Under the pieces are notes generated by a model, which searched no databases, was not told the DNA's origin, and saw nothing but the letters and a program-made list of their open reading frames with translations. A stretch of DNA of 64,000 bases from Bugula neritina (lineage: Eukaryota > Animalia > Bryozoa). Location: the NCBI GenBank assembly GCA_964035545.1, contig OZ037768.1:19823700-19887699 (forward strand). The letters are read 5' to 3'. The translations under genes were made by a program, and so were the position numbers. How positions within the stretch are numbered: position 1 is the stretch's first letter; each line of letters starts with the position of its first letter. Of this stretch, positions 13,911 through 29,400 are shown one piece after another.

Positions 13911-14408
13911 TGTCTGTCTGTACTATTTCTTGCCCCACTATTTCCTGCCATACCATTCTCTCTGAATTCTTGCAAGATTAGATTGTAATTGTTGATACAA
14001 AAGTTCCTCTTTTCTTGAACCTATCAGGTCTTGTATACATCACGCCACTCTAGATTATTCATTATGTTATTAATGTATAGCTCCAAATAATTACCTTACT
14101 ATATGACCATAGCTTCTGCTCCATCCTGCGACTCTATTATACATGTGGCTATTTAGTGTGATGTATTCGAGTTCATTAGATCTAAGGCTACCCAATCATG
14201 GAGTATCAATTTACTTATCATAGCTGAGCTGATATTGTAGTTAGCCTTAGTGTAAAATATCCGGAGAGATAACAGAGAGGTGTGTATATCTTATCTCTCT
14301 GCACTGTAAACAAAAATAAAGAATTTTCATGATATAAGCATGCAGGGGCTGCCTTCCACATTCATCTGACTCCTATTTTCTCTCTAGTTGTCCGACAAGG
14401 AGGTCATA

Positions 14409-17400
14409 ATGCAGCAACTCCGTGGAATATTAATCCTACTCCTTGCCTTACCACATCTTACAGGTAACAGTGTCTTATATTTACTAGATTTTCATTCTCT
14501 ACCCAAATACTTGACGTAAAAAATTGATTTTGTGTCCCAAAGTTTGTAAAACAAAAATGCTATTCTAGTACTTTTTTAGTATAATTTGATAAGATACTCT
14601 AGCAATCAACTTGGATATGATTCTAACTGGTAATGGGCTTTTATTGAATTATATTACCAACTTGTTTTGAAACAGCTTTTTGTGTCTTTTAATTCATCTA
14701 TTTTTATATCTGCTTCTTATAACATAAATAGTTGCAATATTTATATGTTTTGTAGATGGCAGTCCTGCAATAAATTGTACATACACCAACTATGTGTTTG
14801 GACTTGTTCTACCAGACTACACTTTCTGTATGTTTACACAAACCTTATTCGGAGATGACTTCAACTGGCAGATTGGAGACTCAGCAACGACTACGCCAAA
14901 CACTGGACCTGATGTAGACAACACAGGAGACAGGGGAGGTAACTTGTTTCTTAGCCGGTGTTATCTAACTTATTGAATGTGGCTTTGAACTAGATTAGCA
15001 TTTAAGAGCAGTAGTAGAGAAATTGAGATAGCCTAAGTTCTTCAAAGTTCTTTACAGATTTTGGTTTGGGGCGCGGGTTGAAATTCTTGCGGGAACACAA
15101 CTTCTTATGTTACACTTCTAATCTAGAACACAGGCTTTTCTCACTTTCTCCATTACTGCACCTACTGCACCTACCTCTAGGTTAGTGCGTGGTGCTGGTA
15201 AGTTGCAATTTACCAGCACTTCATTTTGTCTTTCAATAATATTGTACAAATATTAAAAGTTAAACACATAGAGAATGGCTCCTTAAAACTTTGAATTTGA
15301 ACAATGTTCTAGTCTAATATAAAGATACGATAATTACTAACAATATGCATTATTAGTGATCTACCTGTGACAGTATATACTTGCAGTTGTATCTAGGCAA
15401 CCCTCTATATTATATATAACCTTCACCTACTTCACTTCACCTCAGGAATTATGCCAAAACTTTCTCCGACACTACTCTGCTTTATATTGATTTAGTCGAT
15501 CCTGTTTTGAATTTTCAGCCAATTCTTGACTGACTCTGCAAACCTTTATTGTCATGAATTGAAGTGTCAGCTATGCTGCCAAAACCTGGATGTAAGAGTG
15601 TCATTGGAATGACCTCTTAAAAAGAATTGATTTTATGTTTATTTAGGTTCAGAGGTAATGGTCAAAGTGTCCATCTAGTCAAACAAATATTGATACAGCA
15701 GCAGCAGCAGTTTTTAGTGTTGAATTGTCTCAGCATAACTGGATTTTGATTAGGGCTCATCACGTTGGAAACCTGTGTCAATCCATTGACCTTTACATCT
15801 AAACACCTGGTAGCTTTACCTTCAACAAGTTTGATATGAAAAGTCAAGGTTCAAGTGTGGCAGTGTAGGGCTTCCATGATGCAGTGGTGGGGTCACAAAC
15901 TAGACCCATAAATCCGCCTCTCGAAACATACAAGATTTATCTATAAATTTTACTCTAAATAAAAGCAAAGAAATAAATAGCGTTTACTTGAAAGTTATGC
16001 CTAGTGCTGGCACATAATAATTTTTGTAAATATTCAGGACACCATATTTTAGGTGTAGTATTTATGCTACAGGAGAACTGAATTGCATGCATGCCTTGAC
16101 TCCATCGCACGCAGAATAGCGACAAAGTATGGATGGAGATGTTTGCTTTTTGTTGCAATAAACTGTGGAATATAATAAAACCCTCAAGCAATGAAAAATT
16201 AGCTTAGCATGATGGTTGCTGACCATATTTAACTGTGATAAGATTAGGTAACTTAATATCAGTAATCAGCGCTGAAGAGCTGGGCAATAAATGCTTCGAG
16301 TACTCAAATACTCGGGAAATATAGCAGTTTATAAAGTTTATGTATGATATTGTTTAGTTTCAACATAAATATAGATACACCTGGCGCACCATTTCCATTG
16401 TATGTTTTCCTCTTAAAATTTAATTTTACACAAAAAAACTACCTTTAACATTTTGTTATTTTGTACCAAAGAACTTATAAGCAATATCTTGATTTTTGAA
16501 GGTCACTTTGCATACATAGACTCAAGTTCTAAAGCAAATGGTAGTCACGCTCAGCTATCCTCCCCAACCTTCACGAAAAGTGCCTCAGAATCTGGTGGCT
16601 GCGTGCAGCTCTACTACCACATGTATGGTGCAGACATTGGTAGACTGAGAGTGGTGGTCTATGACAACACACAGAGTGGCGGTGTAGTGACCTCCTTTGA
16701 GAGAATTGGTAACTCAGTCTACATAATAGATATGCATGCTATGTTCCCTTATATGGCATATAGTTATGTCTCCCATGTTTGCGAAACATATGTATGAATC
16801 AGCTATATCTAGAGATATCTTCCTTATACATTAATGATTTGGTTGCCTAAATCTGCGCCTTTAAGAAGAAGGATAAGTAAAAAACGAGCAGTTTAATGAA
16901 AAAATAAAATACATTTATAAATTGTAAAGTTATGCCAGCAAGTTAAATTTCTAATATTACTTATTCTTAACATAGGCTATTTTACTGTTGACAAGAAACT
17001 ATGGCGGCCATGATTATGTTGACAGGTAACCAAGGCAACCAATGGCTAAGAGCTGACATGGATCTGAACCTGCCAGCAGGTCAGGAGGTGCAGATGCAGA
17101 TGGTTATAAATGCATACACTGCAGGGAATAGCTCTGCAGATAACAAAGGAGATATCGCCATTGATGATATACTGGTTTACACAAACGGTCCCTGCACCAA
17201 TACGTCAGGTGTGTATTGAAGTTTTATAAAATAATTAAATAATTATGGAAGCAATAGAAGCCATGGTCTAGGGGTTAAAGTGTTGGGCTTAGTAAAGAAG
17301 TCATGGGCTCGATCTCCAGCTAAAGCCATTGGTGATGTTAAGAAGAGCATCCAGTCATAATTGCTCCTGTCTCACTATAAATAAGTCCTTAGCCCAATTT

Positions 17401-20400
17401 ATTTTCCATCAGGGGTTTCTCACAGACATTGTGACTATCAACTTGCGTGAGTTTTTGTAAGCAATAAAAAACAGTTTCACTGCTACGGTTGTTTTAAATT
17501 ATGAGTAATCTAAAACAGTTTATTTTCACTTTTACAACTAAATTTTTTTTTCAGTTTTTTGCCGCTATTGCAACGTTTTATTCTTACAGTATGTGGAGTC
17601 ATTTTATTGAACAGCTATAAACTCGAAAACAAATGATTTTGCATTACTTTATTTCAACCAATTGTAAGCACTCTATCCCTCTCTATCACATAGTTGTTGA
17701 GCTCACTCAACCCCCTCAGCCCTAATCTATCTACACTGATAGAGACCAGGAGTTGGGTGGCACTAAACTATTTCATAATAAGTAGATACTGCACACCTTA
17801 TCTACACACTTACATAACGCTAGTGTTTGGTTATCATTGCTTCGGGTCAAAGTGCAACCCTCAGTCACATCATACCAGACTGCAATTGCCCAATTATAAA
17901 CTAAATGTCTGTCAATATACCTTAAATTTGAAGACTTGTTTATTATTTCAACACTTAGTTTATGAGAATGACTTATAACAAGTGACATCAGCTTAATTTA
18001 CAATATTGCTGATTAATTATACATATGACAAGAATCTTGATAAAATGGCATAAGATGAAATCACCTCCCTATCTGCATGTGTTAATATCTCACTTATACA
18101 TACAGAGACCCCTCCTTCTACTCCCCCAACTACTACGGCTATTAGCACCCCTTCCGTCACCACTGCCCAGCAGTCTTGGAGTTGTCAGTTCAATACGGTG
18201 ACTTCTTACTGCGGCATCACTCGGTTCAGATATGGAGCTGGTTTCACCCTCTCCTCGGGGAGTTTTAGAGACACTACTGGACCTCAGAGTGATCACACCC
18301 AGGGTGGGGGAATTGGTGAGTGATGAATCATGGCGTATGAGTAAAATATTATCTTGAGCAGTTGTCTTCTCTTGGTGGGTCTAAACCTCGCACTGTTAAA
18401 TGCATGTTTCCTTTTGAATTTTAATCAATTTATTGTATAGTGTTTAAATGTCTGTCTCTATATGCATTTTAAAAAAATATCTGCTAGTACAGTCAACTTA
18501 TCTAGGTAAAACAACTTGTAGCCAATACTTACATTTAGGACCACGCGCGTTGTCGTATTTCAATAAACCTTCCCTGCTGTATAGATGTTATAGTAAATAG
18601 TCTGACGAAAGTGTACAGCAGGTTAATTATGACTTAAGCTGGATGTGTGCGTGTATGTCGCAGGGTATTTCCTGTACATGCATGGCTCTGGAGTTGTGGC
18701 AAACAGTTCGGCCGTTGCAGAGACCCCCCAGTTTGACCAAACCTACTACTGTTTCAACTTCTGGTACCACATGTTCGGCTCTGGTGTTGGTCAGTTGATG
18801 GTCTCAGCTGATGTTGATGGACTCACCCAGGAGCTGTGGAGTCAAACAGGTATATCACTTTCAACTGTGTGTATAATAGCCTGAACTATGATATGTATAG
18901 TCCAAGATGGTGCATGTGCAGTATGTATATATTATTGTTATTATATTATATTACGTATATATTCAATATTTTTTTAGATACATCATTATTGTGTTCTCTT
19001 TATTATTTCTCACATACTTGTAAATGTAGTTTATGAGCATCTTACTATAAACATTATATATATGTGTACATGCATACAAATCACAACAAATGCCATAGAA
19101 ATATTAAAAAAGTTTTGTTCAAGTTTCAGATGTTTTTTTCTAGTTATTAGACTTGTGAATGAGACCTACATAGACCTATATAATATATATGAGTATATAA
19201 TATATAATGAGACAGTGCGTGCAGTCTGAGATACATACTATATAGTCCGAGATACATACTATATAGTCCGAGATACATACTATATAGTCTGAGATACATA
19301 CTATATAGTCCGAGATACATACTATATAGTCTAAAGGCCTGGCCACATACTCGTGAGAATCACATAAAATCATTTAGTTTTACACGAAAACACAAATGTA
19401 CGATCAAATTTGAGGGAATTCATACGAGATCGTGTTTGCTGGGTGCACCCACCGTAGACGATGGATAAAAAAGCGCAATTGACGATAAGCACCATTTGAT
19501 TGGTCAATAAGAATTTTAGCAACAGTGAATATTTCATTTCTATCACGTTTCTGTGTCTGGCAATTTTCTGCTGTTTGTATCTCGTGCAAGACTCATTCAC
19601 AGACTATTTATTATGCGTTTCGTCTGACGAGTGTGTGGCTGGTCATAACGAGAGGATAACTCACGACAATATTCAAATAATTTTACGTGTTATTCTCACG
19701 AGTGTGTGGCCAGGCCTTAAGATATATAATATATAGTCTGAGATATATGCTATATAGTCTGAAGTATATGTTGCAGGTGATCAAGGCAACCAGTGGCGCC
19801 CAGGCAGCGTACCTCTTCCTCCAGGCTCAATTAAGATTATAATAACTGCTGTGAGAGGAAGTAATGCTGACTCTGACATTGCACTAGATGACCTTTCTCT
19901 CTCCACTACCAACTGCCAAGGTTTGTTTCTCTTCCTTGTCTCTTTCAACCTTATACAATGCCATTTTTATCTCATACGTCACTATCATTGTATTACACAT
20001 CTATCACCATCACTTTGTTATATGATACTAATATTATATTACACATTACATCAGTATGTTATATGACGCTATCACTGTATTATATACATTACTGTCATTG
20101 TATTATATAGCAGTGTCACTGTATTATATATTACTGTCATTGTATTAAATATATTACTGTCATTGTATTATATAGCAGTGTCACTGTATTATATATTACT
20201 GTCATTGTATTATATAGCAGTGTCACTGTATTATATATTACTGTCATTGTATTATACATTACTGTCATTGTATTATATATTACAGTCATTGTAATATATA
20301 TTACTGTCATCATATTATATAGCATTATCTATATATACGTAGATAATCCATTTCACATTCAAAGCTGTATTTGTATTATAAATTGTCAATTTCGTTCACA

Positions 20401-23400
20401 TGCTTTAAAGTTATATTCCATATATAGCTATATTATATTAATTTGCATTATAATGTTAATTGGTTCGAAATTTCATTTATTTTAGCTAAACTTTAAAATG
20501 CAAGAATTTAAAGTTTGTTGAATCTAAAAAAGTTGAAAAAGAATTAGCTAAAATGTTAATTTTTTTCAGGATTTTACAAATACTTGTTAGCAGTAAATTC
20601 AGGTAAAAGAGTGATGTTTTCAATACCTGTAATGTACCTGTGGCAGCCCTTCAACTGTATTGTGCCTTACTTGTCGTAGGATATTCCTATACCAGATGTT
20701 TTCTTCCGCCAGGTGCCACAGTACCGAGCACGTCTACAATCCCTCCCACCACACCACCAACAACCCGGGCCCAGCCGTCCTTTGCCCTGGCCTGTAACTT
20801 TGATGATGACGACTGTAATATGTATCAGGAGATGACTAACGACTTTGACTGGAGCAGACACAACGGACCAACGTACAACCTACTCACTGGTCCCGATAAC
20901 GATCACACCCTTGGCACTTTTGAAGGTAGAAATTGTCTTCTTTTTTATTCTATAAACCTCATAGTTTGCATTTTTACTACAAACAAGCCTTCTTTACAAA
21001 GGCCACTGTGCGACTTATGCAATTAGTACTTTTACAGCTTATAAAATCAAAGAATTATTAGTTTTATGAGTTGGAATCGTAGTTGTGATCATATCTTGTG
21101 AAATTTTATGTTTTGGAAATATGCTGAGTGGTGCAGGTACACCCGCACTGTACCTTGTTCTATACAAAAAGTCATGTTTATGTAAAATGATACACACATG
21201 TACACATGCATGCACAAACATACATTTATTTATACATATACATCACATTACATCTGCTATATATGTAATTAAAGGATGTTAAAGTAGCAAATCATATTGA
21301 TATAATACAGTCTAACCAATATTAATTTATGTAAATAAACTTATTTACTTACTGTACATTACACTTTCTAACCTGTGTTGCAGGTCACTATTTGTAGTAA
21401 GTAGATAATGAGAAGCCACACACCTGTAATATCATGTAACCTACATTGGTATATGTAAGATCATTTAACCTACATTGGTATATTTTGTAAGATCATTTAA
21501 CCTACATTGGTATAAGTAATATCATTTAACCTACATGTGTATATATGTAGGTCACTATATGTACATACCATCCAACTACAAGCAGAATGGTAAAAGAGCG
21601 AGAATACAGACTGGTATGATGAATGTTGTACCTGGAGAGAAAGCTTGCCTACGCTTTGCTTACCACATGAACGGCGCAGACATGGGCACACTTAGCGCCA
21701 TTCTAATATCTCCATCTTCTAGGAATCCTATTTTCACAAAATCAGGTAAACATAACTCCAACTGTAGTGGCTAGGATGTGTGACATCATAATGTTGATCT
21801 TGAGAGCTCTTTCCAGGTGTTGTTACTTTAAACGTGTAATGTCTGTTAGTCGGCAGTATTTTATACTTTTCATTATTTGTGTATATTTTGAACTACCCAG
21901 CAATCACTAAAGATACTTCTTGTAGTAATGAAGCCTTATATTTAGCAGTTAAGTTCAAATAACTCTATTTTATGCTTCTCCAAGGACTATTTATTGAAAT
22001 CATTACCAGTAGTTAATAATTAGCTACTTACAGTGTCCTAAAGTGTGGTGCTGATGTCTGCTATAAACAATGACTGCGCTACACACAGAAAATATCTATG
22101 CACACTGTACTGTCAACTTCTTCTTTTAACATGTCACACAATATAGTGCTAACCAGAAATTCATTACTTTGTTCATTGCTTTCCTTATTTCAATCCTCTG
22201 CTTCAAACCTTCCTTTCTATATCTTTTCTCTCTCCTCTTTCCCTCTTTATAGACATTGATCTGTAGAACAAAAACCATGTGTGTTACAAGCTTAAAGCAA
22301 ATCAATCCCAAAATGTATATTGAAGTTTATATCACATATATACTATATCTAATAGTCTATCACTTATACTATATTTAATAGTCTATCACTTATACTATAT
22401 CTAATAATCTATCACCTATACTATATCTAATAGTCTATCACTTATACTCTATCTAATAGTCTATCACTTATACTATATTTAATAGTCTATCACTTATACT
22501 ATATCTAATAGTCTATCACTTATACTATATTTAATAGTTTATCACTTATACTATATCTAATAGTCTATCACTTATACTCTATCTAGTAGTCTATCACTTA
22601 TACTATATCTAATAGTCTATCACCTATACTATATTTAATAGTCTATCACTTATACTCTATCTAATAGTCTATCACTTATACTATATCTAATAGTCTATCA
22701 CTTATATTATATTTAATAGTCTATCACTTATACTATATCTAATAGTCTATCACTTATACTATATCTAATAGTCTATCACTTATACTATATCTAATAGTCT
22801 ATCACTTATACTATATCTAATAGTCTATCACTTATACTATATCTAATAGTCTATCACTTATACTATAACTGATAGTCTATCACTTATACTATATCTAATA
22901 GTCTATCACTTATACTATATCTAATAGTCTATCACTTATACTATATCTAATAGTCTATCACTTATACTATATCTAATAGTCTATCACTTATATTATATTT
23001 AATAGTCTATCACTTATACTATATCTAATAGTATATCACTTATACTATATCTAATAGTCTATCACTTATACTATATCTAATAGTCTACCACTTATACTAT
23101 ATCTAATAGTCTATCACTTATACTATATCTAATAGTCTACCACTTATACTATATCTAATAGTCTATCACTTATACTATATCTAATAGTCTACCACTTATA
23201 CTATATCTAATAGTATATCACTTATACTATATCTAATAGTCTATCACTTATACTATATCTAATAGTCTACCACTTATACTATATCTAATAGTATATCACT
23301 TATACTATATCTAATAGTATATCACTTATACTATATCTAATAGTCTATCACTTATACTATATCTAATAGTCTACCACTTATACTATATCTAATAGTATAT

Positions 23401-26400
23401 CACTTATACTATATCTAATAGTATATCACTTATACTATATCTAATAGTCTATCACTTATACTATATCTAATAGTCTACCACTTATACTATATCTAATAGT
23501 ATATCACTTATACTATATCTAATAGTATATCACTTATACTATATCTAATAGTCTATCACTTATACTATATCTAATAGTCTATCACTTATACTACATGTAT
23601 ATCTAATAGTATATCACTTATACTATATCTAATAGTCTATCACTTGTACTATATCTAATAGTCTATCACTTATACTATATCTAATAGTCTATCACTTATA
23701 CTATATCTAATAGTCTATCACTTATACTATATCTGACACTACACTTGCAGGCACTCAGGGGACAGACTGGATAGTTGCATCCATAGACATAACCTTCAGT
23801 GAGAGCCCAGTGTACTTGGAGTTTGAAGGCATGATTCAGCACTCTTACACCGGGATACATCAAGTGAAAAGTGACATGGCCATAGATGACGTCATTCTGA
23901 CCAATGGAAACACTCAGTGTAGTGATCTAGATCGTGAGTATCGGTTTAGCTTGCGCTACTCTTAAATAATATATGATCGAAGTTGCCTCAATGTGTTTAT
24001 CAGTAGCATTGCTTATAAATTAGTTTTTATGAGGATCTAATGCTCTCTTGATTGTTTAAATGCTCTCTTTGGTGATCTAGACAGAATTTACTGCCTGCAC
24101 ATCTTTTTAATGTTGCGTTCATAATACAGCAATCGCATATCTTAATTCTTAATGTGTGTGTTTAGAAATTTTTTATGATTCTAAAGCCTTTTTGCCTACA
24201 TATTTTATTTAACACACGTCATGATGGATAGAACATTTGTATGAAAAAATGAGATTAGGAGTAAATATCGAATTTGAAACTTTGTAGTTAAACTGCCTTT
24301 TATTCATATCACTGAACGAATTGACACACATTAATTTTGTTCTAAGCAATGTACACGTGTTGTTAGTTGAGAGAGTGTTCAATCCAGTTACTGTTGCTAC
24401 AACAACACTAAGGACAACAGAACATTCTACTGTTAGTACTGCAACACCAACCACCACACCCACACCACCCACACCACCCACAACAAAACCTTGGACAACA
24501 CCAACCACAACACCTTCTCTGATACAGGTAATGTGTATTACATGTAGTGTGTGCTATATTACAATATATGTAATGCAGTATTATATTTGTCATTTAGTGA
24601 TGAGTTTTAGTGTAACAATAATCTATTTTAAATTATTTTTCTGATTTAGTTCATTGAAATATTTTTCATATTTTTAGACTTGTGATTTTGATAACTCTGC
24701 CATCTGTGGTTTCACCCAAGCATCTAACGACCAATTCGATTGGTCAAGAACTAGCAGTAAAGTATGGAGCAGTGATACGGGTCCTTCATTCGATCACACT
24801 ACCGGAAATGGCACAGGTTAGGATTCATCATAACTTCACCTCAATGATTAAACACAAATAGTTTTGGCAGATGTTTTCTGAACTATCCTCATAATTGAAC
24901 GAAGTAAACATAAAATACCAGTTTTATTTGCATGTACTAAAGTGTAACTTGCAAGTGTTGTTTTGATAATTGACTTTAAAGTTTGGACAAATGTAATGTT
25001 AAAAAGTTATTGTAGAAAACCTACCCCTCTCATAGTATTGAATACAATATATATAGATATTTGCTTTGTTTAAAGTATTGTATTCGTTATATTTCTATTA
25101 GTTTTGGATTGTCATTTTGTTAATCTTTTGCAGTCTTTGATCACGTGTGGTTTAGCAGATTTCAGTAAATCTTATATTTATTTACAGGTTTTTACATGTA
25201 CATTAAAGCTGCTTACAAGAACAATGGTTCAGTTGCAAGACTTTCCTCTCCAGTGTATGACAGACCTTCATCTGGTGGAGCATGTCTCACCTTCTGGTAT
25301 CACATGTGGGGCTCTGACTCAGATATGGGTAGTCTGAGAGTCATTCTTCATAAGGGGTTCAGAAATTCTCTTGTATTCAGTAAAAGTGGGAACCGGGGCA
25401 ACCAGTGGCTGTATCAGGCTGTAGACCTTGACATTTTCTCAGCTACCGACTTTCAAATACAGTTTGAAGGTGTTGTGATTCATAATCATGATGACGGACA
25501 TCTGAATGTTGTTTTGGGAGACATTGCCATAGACGATGTTGTAGTTGATCGTTCAGGGCCGTGTTCTGGCCTTTCCACCCCCTCTACCCCCTCTACCCCC
25601 TCCCCCTCCACCCCTGCTACTTCTTCAAATCCTGGTGTTGGTGGAAGCAGCTCAACTCCATCTAAGGATGTTACTACACCTCAACTGAGCCAGGTAGGTC
25701 ATGTGACACTCAATTACCAACATTGTGGGGGTCAGAGAAATGCAATAAAAGGCAAGATTTGCAGTACTCCGCCTATTTCAACAACAAATTGTATAGTAAA
25801 AGAGTAATAGTATAACACAGTAGTATAGTAACACAGTATTTCAGTAATATAAATAAGTAGTAGTGTAGAAATTTAGCAATCTATTATTAAAGTAATAGAT
25901 AATAAAATAGTAATATAGTAACACAGTAATATATTGATAAATTGTTATAGTGATACATAAATAGGGTAATACAATAAACCAATAATATAGATATAATAAT
26001 ATAGTTATGATAATACAGTGATATAATAACACAGTGATATGATAGAAGTAGTGCAATAAGATCAGCAATGGAATAGTATAAAACTCATATACTCATATGA
26101 CTACTGGACATGTTTTAATAAGAATGAGCCTCTCAGCATTTTCATCTAACACAAAAATCATCAGCTTATGCTGGCTTTAATAGGATGCTGTGAGATTCAA
26201 TAATTATTAATTTAGCATAAAGTGTGGGCAATTTTATCAAAACAACTTGAATTATGCTAAAACTATGCTTATTACTACATAGTTTAGTAATGTCAATAGT
26301 AACCCAGGTGTAGGACAATAGCATGGAGGATAAAATATACTTTGTTTGCTATAATTTGGTTGTTTTCGCATAACTGATACATTCATTCATGCATTTTACA

Positions 26401-29400
26401 TTAGCATTGATTATAATTTGAAAACTTTTACTATAGTTCTTGAATGTAATGTTTTGTACCACTCTGCTGTTGTTACAGGCTGAGAGATGTAACTTTGACA
26501 GCTCTGCTATTTGCGGCTTTACTCAAGCATCTAACGACCAATTTGATTGGTCAAGAACTAGTCGTAAATCATGGAGTAGTAATACAGGCCCCTCATTCGA
26601 TCACACGACTGGTAATGGTACAGGTAAGTGTGTTTGTATACATTTAATTTTTTTATGAAAACTTCATCACATACTATACTTTATGACTGGAGTTCTATAT
26701 TACATACATACATATGAAAAGCACTTTTGCAACTTCAAATGACTGCAGAGAAACTGAAATCATACATGTTTGTCGGACTCCAGAATCTCAACTGGTAGTT
26801 AGAAGTCTAAGCTCAACATATTGCACCATCTCATATATATAATTATATATATACATTAACTATATAAAAATATATATATATATAAATATATTAACATATA
26901 TAAGTATATATAAAGTGCGTGCAGTGCTGTTAATTGTTCAGCTTAGAATTTTAATTACTATGAGTTAAGATTTTGGTAACCATGTCTGAATCCAGTTTTT
27001 CTAATAATTTGAAGTTACAAGACTTTTTTAATAAGTTTGCTATAATTACACAGTAATAGAATTTACTATTTTAACATGGAGTTAGTGATACAGGGTGATT
27101 TATACTACTGGTTGCTCAGTGCTAAATGCGTGCTTAAACATCATAGTATTTTAAGTGTGATATATGATAGCAATTATTATTTTATGCAAATTCATAAATT
27201 TTCATTTGTTGGTAATCACAGAGTTTTGGCAAATAATTTTACTGTGATAAATTCTGTTTCCAAATCGCAGAGCATTGCTTTTTTTTAGACAAAACCTTCA
27301 ACATTTAGCTGAGATAACGAAATCTTTGAATAGCCCCATTTTCAATGTTTTTCAGTTAAGTTTGGAGCGCAGTGAAAGATTCCTCAAGAACAGATTATTT
27401 TGCAAGAACTTTTCTTTTTAAATCAAGTTTTTTTATTTTTTTAGAGTTTCACACCTGCTTTGCTATACTAATAATGCTCAATAGAAAACTCACGCAAGTT
27501 TATAGTCACTATCCCTGTGAGAAACCCCTGATAGAAAAGGTTTTTGCTAAAGCGGGCTAAGGACTTATTTAAATGAGGCACAGAAGCAATTATGACTGGA
27601 TGCTCTTCCTAACATCACCAATGGCCTTTGTCAGGGCTCGAACCCATGACCTTCGTGTTTACTAGGCAAACGCTCTAACCCCTAAACCACGGCTGCTCCC
27701 TAATGCTCAATAGAAAATAAGCTTTAATTTATTTCTTACTGGATGGTGAATCACCGGCTTTCCATGTACCGATCTCAGATCGATCTCAGGCAGATCGATC
27801 CATGGAAAGACGCCAAAGATCGATCTCAGTCGTTCTGAGCTGGTCGGTCTGTAGAGCTCGAACTCAGATCGATCTTAAGGCAATAAGACCATGGAAAGAC
27901 GCCAGATCGATCCGAGAAGTAGAAAAATGACTGCTCGCTAAAATGTTGTCTGCTAATAAAAATGATAACTTATTGTTAATTACTAAGCAAAGTACTTAAT
28001 AATTAAGATAGCCACCTTTTCAAGTGGCAAAACTTTGACTTTCAGTAAAATGATTAGGAAAACTTAATTATGTAAAATTATGGACGGTAGAAGATACAAA
28101 AAGTGAGAGTATTTAAATTGAATTTAAATGACTAGTATAACGCACTGTCATTAGTTATTTGCTGCGTAATTTTAAGCCTAATAGTCCCGTAGGTTTATGA
28201 ATGAGCTGCACAACAGCTATTAATTTTATATAAGCTGTCAAGCTAAAATATTAAAATTAATTATCTTAAATTGGCCAAATTACTCCATACTAAAAGCTTT
28301 ACTGCGTAGAGTTTATAGCTGACGGTAAATTTTAGACTATGAAAATTTTGTTTTTCAACAGCAGTAGCTTTTATCACTCAGGTGGGTGAAAAAATTATGC
28401 TATTAAAGTAGTCTTTACCTAAGAGGAGGCAACTCCGAGAGATCGATCTGACACTCTCATGGAAAAACGATCGATCTGAGCACATGTCTCAGATCGATCT
28501 CATCGAGATCGATCTGAGATCGGTACATGGAAAGCCCGTGAATTTCAATCATTTAAACACTGGGTACAGCTTACACATGTATTTGTTCACAGGTTCTTTC
28601 ATGTACATCAGAGCTTCTTACAAGAACAATGGCTCAGTTGCAAGACTTTCCTCTCCAGTGTATGACAGACCTTCATCTGGTGGAGCATGTCTCACCTTCT
28701 GGTATCACATGTGGGGCTCTGACTCAGATATGGGTAGTCTGAGAGTCATTCTTCATAAGGGGTTCAGAAATTCTCTTGTATTCAGTAAAAGTGGGAACCA
28801 GGGCAACCAGTGGCTGTATCAGGCTGTTGACCTTGACATCTTCTCAGCTACCGACTTTCAAATACAGTTTGAAGGTGTGGTGATTCATAATCATGATGAC
28901 GGACATCTGAATGTAGTTCTGGGTGACATTGCCATAGACGATGTGACCATTTACCAGTCAATGACTTGTTCTAGCCTTCCTGCCACACCTTCTACAGCAG
29001 CAACGCAGACAGTAACCACACCCACACTTCCAACTAGTTCTAAGGCTTCCACAACTACACGCCCTCCAACTACGACTCTATCCACTAAAAGTCAACCAAA
29101 AACATCTAAAGCTACACCCAGTACTGCACCTCCGCCAACCCAGGTGATCTATTATGTGAATCTGTAACACACAATGTTTGATTATGCAGGTCAAGTTTAT
29201 GTAATAAATTTATGGGTAGCACAGCACATGATGGGAGTATAGATAGCGTTAGTATCGCAGTGAAGATCAGTAGTAAACCATAAAGATGTAACGTAAATGA
29301 CATTTGTCAATGTATTGCTTTTTTTAGATATATTATATACACACAAAACGTATAGCATTATACTTATATATTATTGAACTGTGTTGTACATGTAATAACT

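Noticed and set aside
22340-23735. CRISPR-like regular array
   Set aside because: Head-to-tail units with no unique spacers, inside a eukaryotic intron, and no cas genes.
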